A DNA stretch of 64,000 nt from Raillietiella orientalis. Taxonomy: Eukaryota. Positions 30,801 to 44,307 of the stretch are shown here, piece after piece. The DNA lies in contig JAYWIR010000001.1 of NCBI GenBank assembly GCA_036172245.1, forward strand, positions 6,820,001-6,884,000. The letters run 5' to 3'. The translations under genes were made by a program, and so were the position numbers. Numbering within the stretch: the first letter of the stretch is position 1; every line of letters starts with the position of its first letter. The notes under the pieces are model-generated. The model saw only the letters and a program-made list of their open reading frames with translations. It was not told the origin of the DNA and searched no databases.

Positions 30801-33800
30801 CGGAAAAGTTCAACGCTGGGAGGAACACGAAAAGCATACACGTAAAAGCAACCTGCATGTTCCTGGCCTTTTTCTTTTTTTTTTTTTTTTTTCCTTTCCA
30901 GATTGCAGTTTGAATTTAATGCCGGATTTCCCTGTGGACTGCACACAGCATCTCCACGGGGATCACGTGTGACACAACCTAACGGTCAGACATTTTTCTT
31001 TCCCGTTTATTCATTTTCGACATTTCCACCCACGCTGAAAACTTCATTCACAAATTGCGTGCCATTTCACCTCCGGAACTAAAAAAGCAACCAACCGTAC
31101 TCTGCTCCGTTGCGATGGACTTTCCAATACCGCACGCCCACACCCTTTGCTCTCCACTTGGTGCATAAAAATCGTCAGGAGCGTCTTTCCGTTTTCGATG
31201 CTACCTGCGAGTTCTTCAGGCGTGGTCACTTCCTTGCCCCAACCCTGCGCTTTGAACGAAAATCTCCTATGCGGGAATTCAGGCAAGCAGGTGGCGCGGG
31301 GGATTTTTTTTTTTTTTTTTTTTTGCTTCCTGGAAAGCTCGCCCAGAACACTCTCTCTCCCTGAAACATCCTCTCAACCCTCCAGGCACCATCGCGAAGC
31401 AGGAGCGTGCAGCACGGCTTCTCCAAGCAATGGATTTGGATCAACCGGCTGCACAAAAGCTCCCTGGGGGCCTCTCGCATTTCACTGCTCATAGGAGAAG
31501 CTTACCCTTCCACCAACCCTAACTGCCGCCTTTTCCTCTTTCGAACGTCGTGAAAAAAAAAATAAAAATCAAACTGTCCTCGCCGATCTCGGGATAGCAC
31601 TCGCCCACCTGTCATGTTGCTCTTGCTCACTGCGTCCACGCTTTATCTTTTGCCACACCTTCACTTTCGATGGCAAGTATTCGCTGCGTTTTGACGGGCT
31701 CCTGGTTCAGGAGCATCTCTCCGGAACCTGCCACGCACTTTCAAACGACTTTCTCATCCCGCGAACGAAAAACAGTTAACTGATCCGAGTTCCACGTACA
31801 CCTTACACAGCGCCACGGATTACACAGGCTCCACACTGCTTTTAAGAATGGCTTACAAGAAGCTGGACCAGCTCTTAACAGCTGTCATCGATGTGATCAT
31901 TATTTGTGCACCAGCAGTTATGGGTGCAATAAGACGAGGTTCTTGGGTTTGTTGACAAACCTTTACCCCGGCTTATCTGCTTTGTATGATGATGAAAAAG
32001 CATTTGTGTCGCAGGGAACGATTCCGAATTTCGAATACAAACCCTAATGGCCACCTTTTCTTGCAAAGAATAATCTCCCATGCCGCGAGACATGGAAAGA
32101 GGGTAAACTTTACCGGGAAACCTTTCCACACGTGCGTGGTTTCGACCACAGACCGGGCAAACGAAAGGCACACATCCCCCTCGCATCTCCGCTTGCATCT
32201 CTGCTCTCCTCCTGCAGTGTTACTGCCGAACATCTCGCTCGACTCTCAATTAAAAGCACACGATAGCGTGTTTCCGGTAAGAAACGTGTGCGAAGAAAGG
32301 CATTCTGCGTCCGAGGTGTCCTCAGTTCACTGCATAAGGCCTGGAATGCACCCTCTGGTGCACTTTTACCTGACCCTCATATCCGCTTCCTGATCACATC
32401 GTGCTGAAATTGCGATTCGAACACAAAGAAAATAAAAAACAAAAAAAAATAAGCGGAAATCAGATGCACATTTATAATTTGCCGCGCACTGCATTTCAGG
32501 TTATCCGGCCGCACTTGCCCCACGGCCTTCCTCGTGCCGTGCTTGGAAAGAAGTGACCTCACAAAGTGCTAGGGAGTCGCAAGGAAAACGTGAACCGAAT
32601 GCACATCGCCTTCTTCCCACCAAGGTGGAAGGCTCCAGACGGGCATAATCAGCACGGGAATCGAAATCCGAGGGAAACAAAGAGAGACGTTCAGACACAG
32701 CGGGAAGGACGTGCAGGGGAACGGCGCTTGGGGAGCGCCGGCCACTCGGTCCCTGAAGAAGCAGGCGGGAACCGGGAGCCAAGCGATTTCACAATCCTGC
32801 TTCCTTCAATACGCAAATAAATAGATTAGCACGAAGGAAAGATGCCTGGAAAACAGGCAAACAACGAATCAACAGCACTAATCATCTGGTAACACTTTTA
32901 GTACCGCGGACCGCAAGAAGCCGAATTTCGTGGAGGAGGTTCGGAAGGGGGAAAGAAAAAAAAAAAAAAAAAAGAACACCGTCAAATCTTCGGGATGTTC
33001 GATCTGACCCGGTTCCGTCGTGCTTGTGTACAGTGAACGAAATGAAAAGTCAGCCGGGTCACGTTCGGCCGACAAAAAATTCTGACCGAATACCGTTCCC
33101 CGACAAAGATGAAACAAATGGCAAAAAGATCCGGGGCATATGCATCCCGATCATGCAACATTCGTAACGGTAATAGTAACAAATCACATGGACGACAGCT
33201 CCATTTACCCTTAGAGCTATTGTACAAAACAAAAAGACGATCCGAACGCAGATCAGAAAAATGAGACACTTTCTTCCGGCCTTTCAAGACACTCACAAAA
33301 AAGATATTCAAATGAATGCCTTTATTTCTCGGATCATTCCCAAACGGTTGCAAAGGCAATTTGGAAATTTCCTGAAATACTTATCAAGACTTTCTGTAAA
33401 CAAAGAAGAGAAATTATTAGTCGGGGGGGAACGGTCAAATTGGGTAGCAGACGACCAACATACGAGCAATTTACTAGTGCTTTACTTTCATCTCCCCCCC
33501 CCCCACATACACACACAGATCACACCATGATAACTAAGGACTTTAATGCAGTCTGTACTTCAAATAGAATACAATATGGAAGTGACACATTTTATAAAAT
33601 GGAACACTAAATGAAACACTTCAATATACAACCTTGATATCAATATACTAATATCATGTTCTTGCGCATTAAACCACTTAAGATGAATTTTAAGACAATT
33701 CCAAGCGTACTTACTAATGTTGCATAATGTTTGTCACAAAAACATAAACCTTTCAACTTGTTCTACTCTTGAAATCAAACCGGTTTTGTTAATCAAGGTT

Positions 33801-34318
33801 TTTTCGATAAAAGAGAAAATAATTACCTTTGTAACTTTTCATTCTTACCTGAAAGCTCTGGGTGCAAACAGGGGCATTGTTTTGTTAAAAAAAGCTTTAT
33901 ATGAAGGAGTAAATGATTTATTGTATGAAAAATACACAGCACTAGCATTCACTCGGGAATCTGATGAAACATCTGCTATTACTGATAAATAATAGTACAT
34001 TAATCCCGGTTCATCCTTATCGAAAGCTCTCTGAAGGATAAAGCTGTAGAAAAATCCTCGACTAAGTGCTAAGTTGTGGATATGAAGCAATGATGTCCTG
34101 TTTGGAAGGATTGGATTGATATTCACATCCTTTATATCTGGCAAATGTGATACAGTATCCCTTCCAAGATACAGCTCCCTTGTTTGCAAAATATTGCAAT
34201 TTTCACTGGTCACTGCAGACATTTGCTTAGAAACCTCATCGAATTCATCCCATGTTTGCCAATTAAATTGACTGTGTGTATTGATGACGATGGCGAGCAA
34301 CAGCGTAAAATACAACAT
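27851..34318 (-). CDS. Secreted, probably GPI-anchored protein with two tandem GPR158/GPR179-type ectodomains (Cache-like + EGF-like), no 7TM; 10 exons, 794 aa
   Basis: Exons 34318-33849, 30343-30090, 30005-29861, 29813-29687, 29640-29475, 29399-29222, 29178-28814, 28776-28476, 28287-28015, 27956-27851, all GT-AG, summing to 2385 nt in frame. Signal peptide MLYFTLLLAIVINTHS; motif pairs WTLPYFDCG/WSRPYFDCD, DINQCP twice, GFRRGGYMCRC/GFFKGGYKCVC; short hydrophobic C-tail. Confidence 0.9.
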
Positions 34319-37189
34319 TTTTGTTTTTTTCGCAGAACTTCACTATTGTTCAACTAGTATTTTACAGTACGTGAATGTGAACAATATATTTCATACTTTC
34401 AAAATCACAGAATGGAATGATTGGATAGAATGAACATGTCTTTGCACCACACAGCACACCACCGCACAGCTTCCAAAGTTCACAATGCGGAATACGTTAC
34501 GCTGCGAGAGTAACGCCCTAGAGGAAAAAAAGCAAGGGAATCGTTTCCACAAAAGAATTCACTATCCTGATCCAAATCAACACTGCTCGTAAGCTCAGCA
34601 ATAAAAAGCCTTTCGTCACATTCAACCTTTTGATTTCAAAGTGTTTCAATAGAAAGCGCTTAAGTCTCGATGAATCTGTGAGCTCTTTCGTAAAAGGCTA
34701 CCTGAGGAAGCATAATGGACGAACCATTTTTTAGAAAGCAGGCAGTGTAGAATTTTCATGTAGAATTTTCATAATTGGTTGAGCTCTTTCGCATTGATGG
34801 AAATAACGTAAAATGAAGCCTCAGGTGGCACAGAAACGCCCTGGGATACCGGCGCCTAGGAATTTGGGGGGGGGGGGAATCAGAAATGCCAAAAAAAGTA
34901 AAGCTGCAGAGTAAACATACCGTTTAACACATATTGATACAGTTTTGAATAACCAAATGCTATGACATTTCGTTATTCTTCGGAGTTTGTAATCAATCAT
35001 AATAATAAGGGAGTGAATTGTTTCATGAAATTCATTTCTATTCTATTATTGAGGATTTCATCAAAGAGTCCAAGTCCATTAAATTAGGTAATCACAACCA
35101 GAAAATTCATACGAAATTAGTGTGCTATTTTTTGAAAAAACTTAACTTAATTAGATGTTGAGATAAATAGTTTTCTCCAATGAGAGTGAAATGGGAAACG
35201 AATTATGACAAAAAATATTGCAAAAAGGAAAATGAACAATTGAAAAATAACGGCCGTAAATAAAAGGAAAAACTGAATTCAAATGCTTACGCATTTAAAT
35301 GAGGTTTCTGGAAATTGGGAATTTATAAAAGAGATACTATGTACAATTGTTAGCTCATGTACTCAGTGATTACAGACTCAAAACAAATAATTAAGTTTTC
35401 GTCAAAGTTTTCACCTAAATAAAATTAGTAATTGTGAATGATAAATTATTGTGCCTCTAAGATTGTAAAAAAAATTTATTGAAATCTTCAAATAGTTTCG
35501 AAAATGGTCAGTACAGTAAACTCCTCTATACGAAAATAAGTTCCACATATCGAAATTACATATATAAACATATGTTTCACAAGATTTTATTTGTATATTC
35601 ATAAATAAGCAAATAATATAGCGCGCACACACGAACGTACATAAAAATAGTACATGAGAATGGAAATTTCATCTGTTCCAAGAATCTATTCTGAAAATTC
35701 CTTTCTGTAGTTTTACTTATGGTAACTTGTTTGTCATATTATGCCATGCAGTGAACAAAAACAACTCTGAGCAGTAATCCCTATACGATAGTAATATTTT
35801 TCGGGCTAAATTTGTAATCAGCAAAGTCGAAGTTCCCTTGAAGAAATGTTTTAAAAGTGAATACCAAGAGGCTTCTCCGAATAGCACTGAAATCACAAAA
35901 CTGACACTGTTTGATGGAATAATTCTTCAATATAATGTTCAAATTAGCCATGTTCTCTGTATGTGCTACATTACCTATGAAACACAGTTCGATTGATTAT
36001 ATTGCAACTGATTTCATTCGATCATTTACTAATCTCTTCTCGGTCTTTTGGTTATAATCAAAGTGTCACCCCACTAATTCGTTGGTAAAGAATATCTACA
36101 CCATGAAAATCGTTAGCAGCTTTGCATGCATTGGCTTCCTGCACTGTCTTGTATAATAGCTTGCTGCTTCTTCATTACATTCATTCAGGGAAAACAAAAC
36201 ATGCAATTTCATTCAGCTTATACGAAAGGATGTTTACATAAATGGAGAAAATTAAGTGCATCCCTGAATTAGAACAGTCCAATAAATAATCACGAATCTA
36301 GCCACAATGAATTAACAGAATGCCTTCATAAAAAGTCCCTTCTTGTCTTGCTACATCATCTACCGATCCCATATGTCAAAACAGATACACTGCTAAAATA
36401 GAAGATACAGGTTCTTGTTTGTACCTTGAAGATGATGACAGCAGACTCTCAGTGAACAAATGAATAAATATGAACATTGTTTTCTGAATATAAAACATCA
36501 AAATAAATGAGAGTGATGAAATGGACTTTAGCTCGGTGATCCAGGCTTCCATTGCAGTAGGATTGTAAAAGAAATGAATAAGAAAGATTTGCAGTTTTAC
36601 AGCCAGCCAAATTTACATCCAAGTAAGCTGCTACTTCTTTCTAAACAGCTTTTTAGCTGAAGTGACAATGGAATGAAAACAGACTGATATGAATCTGAAA
36701 AAGCACAATGCATCTATGCAAAGCATGTTAAAAATCAAACAAAATATAAATCCCCTTTAAAAAGTCAAACTAATGAAAGCATGAGATCTGTTTGGTAGTA
36801 GCGAGGTAAGTAAAATTGACCTAAGATCATCTAATATGATGTATCTACAGATTTTTAAAATAAACTCGTCTGGTGTTTTCTGCTCAGGAGAAGAATTTAT
36901 ATGAGAAATTTCTTCAAAATTATCTGTCCTAAGTAGATGAATTTGTATTTCTTTGTTTTAGTCAAAGAGTTGTGTGAAGAAGATAAACCTATCGACTGAG
37001 GCAGGCGATGTCTTATATGTTTGATATCCTGCTGTGTGAATTAGTACTCGTCTCCCGGAATTACTTTGTATCAAGGAGGGAATCACAGCAAAGACTGAAA
37101 TCTGGCTGCCATTGTATAGAAGCTCCCGTTGTCGATTCCCGGTACCAGATTTCTGACACTGAAAATCGTCGATAGCAACGGGCTACTAA

Positions 37190-38230
37190 GAACGAAAATT
37201 GCTCTATACTCCAGATGGCAGAGGTGGTTGTGAAAGATTGGAGAGAGAAAAACAGCAAATACCTTGAAATGTACCGAACTCAGATCTCCTTTAAAGAACA
37301 CGCACAGAAAGCGTTAACTAACACACATAATTTATCCAAGAACGACGATACGGCATTCTCATCGGAAGGTGAATATTCAACGGAAAGGCTTTGATTTTGC
37401 ATCAGAAGATATGGGAGGGTGGTAGTCTGCAGAAGGTGAAGAATGGTGTTGACTTTGGTAAAAACACAGTGAAGGAAGGGGAGGGGGGATGACGTCTAGT
37501 AATCATCTTGTCATTTCGTGACTCAGAGGATCCAAAGACACGTACCGAAATCAGATATGGAATGGAGAATATATGTACAATATCATAAGCTATTAAATGT
37601 TATTAACAGAAATGATCATTAGCAGCAGCACGAGGATGCAAAAGAAGAAACCATACTGGCAGCAAACTGCAAAGGAGCTCCACTTTCGTTCCTCCTGCAT
37701 CCTGGTGCTTTCACTCAGGATGTCCTTTTTATGAAGATGCGCCATCTGCTAAGAACATTTGGAGATCAAAAAATTCTGGAAAATATCTTGGAAATTCCAT
37801 TTGCATTCCACTCCCTTACATCCAAACTGTGACCCAGTAGGGAGGAGTTCACAAAGATTAACTTTCTGTCACTGAATGGGACCGTTGCCATGCAGCCAAT
37901 GGATCAGGGAATCCTTGAATGTATAAAAAGAGGTGAAAGAGACAATTTTAGAGTTCAGCTTGGAAGAAAATATGATAAAATTATTAGAATTCTAGCGAAG
38001 ACAAGAGTTATGAGCATCGCAAACGATAGTACGGAAAGAAACTCAAAGTGAGACATTTACTGAACCTCGGAGAACAATCTAGCTCGAGGTTAAAAGTGCT
38101 CATCAAAGTCCTGGACTACAAGATGTAGAGGAGCGCACTTCGTCAAGTATTTGAAGGAAGTTGAAAGCTCCAAAGACTTTCAGCAAATGCCAGAGCAACG
38201 CTGGTGTGTGGTAAACTTGAATTATGCTCC
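37190..38230 (+). mobile_element. pogo/Tigger-type DDE transposase remnant
   Basis: Hallmark 'FLSLNGTVAMQPMDQGILECIKR' around 37863-37930; rest disrupted; boundaries approximate. Confidence 0.7.
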
Positions 38231-38805
38231 GATTGGTGTTCGGTTCTATTCCTTCCTTTTCTAATCATAAGTTGTATGGGGCTTTCTTCTATTGAGTTAC
38301 AGTTATTTTCTAGAAGAATTTTTTCGCTTTTTATGTAGATGCACTTGACATTCGAAGCAATTTCTTTAAGATAAACTTTGAGCGATATTCTTGGTCCTTT
38401 TGCTCAGATAGAAAGAAACCAAAAACCTTGTTTTAAGTACCATTAAATTCTAATGGTTTCGGTTGCTGAAAAAATAAGTTGATAAAGAAATTCGGCTGTA
38501 ATCTTAATGAGAATGAATTCTTTGTTCTCTGACAGGAATCGGATTCGATTCAGTTTCAAGCTGACACAAATGTTAGTTCAAGCATCATTGCTTTAGCATT
38601 TTATTTGGGCTTGAGATTTCCTTCACTATTTATTACTCATATAATTAATAATTGGGAACACTGTACATTTTTAGTAGATTGCTCCTCCATTAGAAACTCA
38701 CTTTTTTCAAACTGTATTTTCTGTGGCATTTCGTTTCCAAGGTTTTTCAGTTACAGCACCCTTGCCTGTTGGCATTCCTTTTGACACGGCACCATTCATG
38801 TAATC

Positions 38806-40600
38806 CAGGGGTGTCAAACTGGCGACCCGCGGGCCGCATGTGGTCCTCGATGTAATTTTATGTGGCCCACGATGCTCTGAAATAAAATGTAAAAAAAAAA
38901 AAAAACAATATGTAACGAAGAAAATAGCAAGTAACCGTCGTGTCGTTGCTATGTCATATGCGATATGATGCACTGGTCAACCGTGGGAGACCAGTGGAAG
39001 TGCCAAATGCAGAGTTTGAAACAACTTGAGTTTTTCTTATGTTTTCTTCTCATTCTAATGAAAGGCATTTCCGCTAGTTTCTTTGTCCCGACCAGCGTGC
39101 CAAAGATGTGTTTCTTTGAGTTGAAATTGAGTTGTGTTTCTTTTATAAATTATTTTAAAAAAATGCAAGTAGTTGCAGTTATTTGAATTTTAAAATTCAC
39201 ATTTATCCCCTATTTTTTATACGGAAAATGTTACTTTCAACGCTAAATAAAAAGCGAAAGATTGATGACGAGGGAAGAAGATTTCAAGAAAGGTGGGAGC
39301 TGCACTTCTTTTGTGTGGAAATGAGCAATAAAATTACGTACGTAATTTGCAAAGAATCAATTCGTGTCACTAAAGAATACAACATGAAGCGGCATTACAG
39401 CACGAATCACGAAGAACAGTTTTCGTGCTTCGAAGGAAATGTAAGAGAAGAAAAGTGGAAAACAAGGAAGAATTCATCTAACATCCAGCAACGAGTGCTT
39501 ACAAAATTCATGAAAAGTATTCAATCAGTAACAAGAGCTAGTTGCGGAATAATTTTAGTTAGCTTAGCTAGTTTTGCTATTTATTAGCAAAACGTTCAAA
39601 ATCATCCACCGATGGTTCTTTAATCAAGGAATGTATGATAAAAGCTGCCGAATTCGTCTGTACAGTCATTTCTAGATTTATCATTATCAAGAAACACTGT
39701 GGCAGACAGAATTACTGGAATGGCAGATAACGTCAGTTCACAACTACAGGAAATGTCTACCAAAGTCCAGTTGTTTTCAATTGCCATTGATGGATGCACG
39801 GATGTAAGAGATGTTGCACAAGTTGCTTTTTTTTTCCCCGTGCTTGCGATGATATCACGAGGATCACCGAAGAATTGTCGGAAATTTGAATCCTCTTCAC
39901 GGAACCATAACTGGTGAAGACATTTTTGGTGCCGTATGGAGTATTTTAGAAAAATTGAAGCTTCCTCTTGACAGGCTTGTTTCTGTAACAACAGCTGACG
40001 GCGTCAAATCGATGACGGAATTTTGAAACGAAAGGATTTGTGTCAAGACTAGCAGGAAAATTACAAGATGAATATACAGATAAACCGAAAGTAGGAAAGA
40101 GAAGTAGGAATTTCCAAAATATATACTTATTTAGGGAAAAAATACCCGGAAATGAAAAAGTTTGCTGCACAAGTTTTATGCTACTTGTGTGAGCAATTAT
40201 TTTCGTGCATGAAATGAAATAAAACAGCTCACAGATCAAGATTAACTTATAAACGTCTATCTGCTATAATGAAGATTGTTTGTTCTGAGTTTTTGAATCC
40301 AGATTTTGAGAAACTAGTAGGAGGAAAGAGCTGGCAAGTTTCTGGTAAAAAAAAATGAAAATTAGTTTTATAAACACATTGAGTTAAATAAATGTTTAAA
40401 ATAAAAGCAATAATATAGCAATTATATATTATTACACTAAATTCACTTCATTACATAGTGTGTTTTAATTATCCTATTTGTATTCCTGAATTCTCACTTC
40501 AAAATATAATTTTAAGAAAATTTGTAAATGTGATGTGGCCCGCGTGAATCTTACCAGTCGCATTAAATGGCCTGTGGTTTAAATGAGTTTGATACGCCTG
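38806..40600 (+). mobile_element. Non-autonomous hAT transposon, Buster/Charlie/SPIN group, both ends intact
   Basis: TIRs CAGGGGTGTCAAACT / AGTTTGATACGCCTG; perfect 8-bp TSD ATGTAATC (38798-38805, 40601-40608) with central TA; GTF2IRD2-like transposase pieces 'KKRKIDDEGRRFQERW...KEYNMKRHY', 'FSIAIDGCTDVRDVAQ'. Confidence 0.95.
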
Positions 40601-43600
40601 ATGTAATCCAATATTAATTAAGACCCCCCCCCCTCCCCCCTTCTGTTGAGAATCTCGGGAGGTCACATTTTTGCATTTCTGTGTTTCGAATTTCCAATTT
40701 CGCCTCCGATATTTCTTTTCCATACAACGTGATATTAATTTCAGGTGGTGAAAAGCTGGATTTTTTTTATTTGCTGAACAATAGATTATGAATATGTGTT
40801 TTGTCTAAAGCATATGGTTTTTTTTTTTTTTTTGACGTACAAAACTGAATGCGATCATAAAGAGAATGTTTATTAAGGACTTGCTGAGTGTTTGAAATAA
40901 TTAGCTGCGCTATTGAATGTATTACGTATGATCGTATAATAAACATGTCCTGAACTGGACTGTATATTTTACAATCCTTTACCTCAGTTTAATCGAACGC
41001 TTAGTAATAACAGCTGAAAAGGCCTTCTTTTGCAAAAGAATTTCTCTTCGAAGAGACTGAAATAACAACATTGGCCGTTTTTCGGCTTTAACGCCTTTCT
41101 GACAAACTTTCTGACAAATGATCATTACTGAATCGTTCAAAGCGATTTAAACGAAATCAAGGCTATTGTGTAAGATTTCAGTTTCTTTGAAGAAATTTGA
41201 TTCCGTGCCGATTTTTAGGATTCCTTTTCTTCGTGTCGAGTTTTCTCGTTGCAAAGCATTTTTTAATTCAGAGATGAAATTCTCTTTGACTTTCTTTTTC
41301 TATTGTACGGCTGATTGGCAATAGCAGTGTGATGAGCACATTTTGGTTGTACTTAAACCCGCTATTGTTGGGTTTCCTCTCTCCCACATTTCCTCTTTTC
41401 GGCTCGTACAAAGATATGTACGAGCCGAAAGTTCAAATACTGAAAGTATAGTAAAGAAAATTTCACAGTGTATGCGCATCGAATACAGTGATGACAATTT
41501 CAATAGGGCTTTTACAATGAGACTGTTTATTTTAAGCTGAGGAACAAGCAAATTGCTTAAAACAGAAGCCAGACAAAAGAGAAAAGACATAGAATTGAGT
41601 CTTCGTGTGTGTATATAGGGCAGTCAATTCCTATGGAGCTTGACGATCACAAAATTCAAGGCGATACATATTTACGTACTATGTTTCATCGTTCATTGCC
41701 ATTGATGTTCAGTATGTTATTTGAGGTCTTCGTTACAAACTCTGGGCATGAGAGCTTTGAAAACAACATCATTCTCGTTGAAGACAAGACTACTAAGGAG
41801 ACTGAACTTTAAAAGAAACTTTTTTATTAGCAGAATATTTTACATTTCATGCAATTCTGATCAGTTATAATATGAGAAATGAGCTCTTTTTTTTAACGGC
41901 ACCTAAATGAAGAACCAAATAATAAATATAACTTAGAAGCAACGAAAGCAATTAAAAGTTTGAAATAAATCAGAGGTGAACCAGGAAGAGGCAATGAATA
42001 AAACAATTCAAGGACATGATTATATGAAATTTGATCATTCTGCTATTATTTCATTGCGGCATAGGCAACAAAGTAGATAAGTTTAAACAAATCTATTCAA
42101 ACAGAATAGTATTATTCAGAAAGAATATTACATACGCATACATATATATACAGGTAATTTGAAGGAAAGTCTTTTTCAAATATTTGATTTTGCGAGGGAA
42201 ATCCATTTCTCTAAAATTTTCCGAGATACTAATTTGGGGTAGTTTGGAATCTATGTAAATAAATATGCTTTCAATGCTTGGAGTGCTACTCCATATCAGA
42301 ATCTATGTTATCCTAGAAGCAATGAAATAATGTGCGAAAAACCGAAAGCTTCCTCTTTATCCTTGCTTTCATGTATCTAAAGTTGACACTGCTGTTGTTT
42401 GATGTACTGACACTGTACCTCATTGATCCAGATTTTGATTTTTCAAAAAATGTGAGAATCTCTCAGAAAATTTTGGTTTTTAAATTGCAGTTTCAAGCCC
42501 TTAATGACTTATTGAAACACTGAATCGTTGCTTATTCTTCATTCCACTTAAAAGATCTTTGGTTTTTTGTTCTTGTGGCTTGATTTCAATGATTTTGCAT
42601 TTTTCTTTTAGTCGTTCTTCCATGGTTTAATCTAATATCCCATGCTTATATATCATATGTTTTTTACATTCCTTATATGCCTTCTTTTTTTTATTTACAA
42701 ATTTGTGGTAGATTTTTACCTAAAACTCTGATTTTTAATCAATATTGAAGTTCATAGTCTTCCTTTTTGCGATATTTCAGTCAAGTTCCTATTCCAACAT
42801 AAGTGTGAATGGAAACTCCCTAGTTGTGTAAATCAAGTTTACTCATTCGGTCTTTCCAAAACCATTTTGTATTCGAATAGCGACTTGACTGAATTATTAC
42901 TGTTCTGACATCTTAAACAGAAAATATGTTGCACAAATCTCAAGAGCCCCACAGCTGCATCCCACTTCATGATTCTTGCAAAACAACAGATGCTTCTATC
43001 GCTTTATAGATCTAGGGGAAAAAAGATTTAATTGTAAATTATATAAAGAACAGCTTTTTTTGTTCCTTGCAAGATACAACAGATATATCATAACCAGTGG
43101 TTGCCTAGCAAGAGACACGCAGAAGCTCTAAAGCTATCATGAGATACGTTGACTTAAGCTCGAGAAGAAAATCGCAAAGATTACATAAATACATAAACTG
43201 TATTTGAGAAATAGAAAAAAAACATGATGATAGTGGAGAAAAACGTTTGTTTGAGAAACGGTGTTAAAAAGAAATCGTTTTCAAATTCTTCTTCGTCTAA
43301 ATATGGCGGCATTTTAAAAATAGTGCCAAGTACTGATGTGATGATAATAATTAAGATAAAGAACAGCAAAAGAGCAATTCTGTGGAATGTGCATCTCACG
43401 TAATTGTTTTTGTAGCTCTTGAAATTTTAAAGGTCTGCGTTTCCCATTTTGTAGCGCATGTTTCCTTGTGCGAAATTATTTCCAACTTATCACAGATTTC
43501 TTGAGATGAGAACTCTTCAAATGGTTTGCTAATCTTCATTTGCACGCTAAATTTTTCATTTCATAGAACTGTTTGCAGATTTAGAATAGCTATTGCTTAA

Positions 43601-43620
43601 TTTTTAGATGTTTGAATGAA

Positions 43621-44307
43621 TCATGATGTAACCCTTAAATGCATACATCTTGATCCTTCCCAAAATATCCACATTACGAGCTGATTGTGAATAATAGAGG
43701 TAGAATTGAAAGCCTCAAGTAAAAACATGTAGACATATCCTTGTATGGATTTTATTGCATACAGGAGGTTTTTTACAAATTCTCTTGAGTAAGAAGTGCT
43801 GAGTATAATTTTGTCTGGCTCTTTATTCAGGGAAAGCGGTCTGAATAGTAAAAGACATGGAAAAATTGGCATTGCAATTATTGTTTAAACAATGGATCTA
43901 TTATTGCATGCTTTATCAAAGGTTTCAGATATTACTTTGAACAAGACTTGCACATGCCTTCAGTAAGTGATTGTCCCAAATCCTGATATTGATGCTGAAA
44001 GCTGAAGGATCCAGGAATTGGGAAATTAGGAATGGGAGGAAATCCTTTTGTGACACATAGCTCAATTTTGTTTTCAAAACGACAATGGTATTCATAAACA
44101 AGCTACAAAGTATACTTTATTAGTGTTGCATCCCGTGCAGTTTATGCTGAAATTTTACGAAATAAAAAAATGCCTTTATAAACTTCATTCTTTCTAATGC
44201 AAGCAGAATGGAAATAAAACATGAAGTACCTATAATTTGCTTCATCTGGAAACACGTCACCTTGTTTATATTTTTAAGAGTTTTAGTCTTACTTTCCTTT
44301 CCAGCAT
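43621..44307 (-). CDS. Candidate orphan spliced gene, divergent from Syncrip (~160 aa or longer)
   Basis: Four blocks (44307-44293, 44245-44159, 44102-43936, 43840-43621) join in frame across GT-AG introns of 47, 56 and 95 nt; no recognisable domain. Confidence 0.35.
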
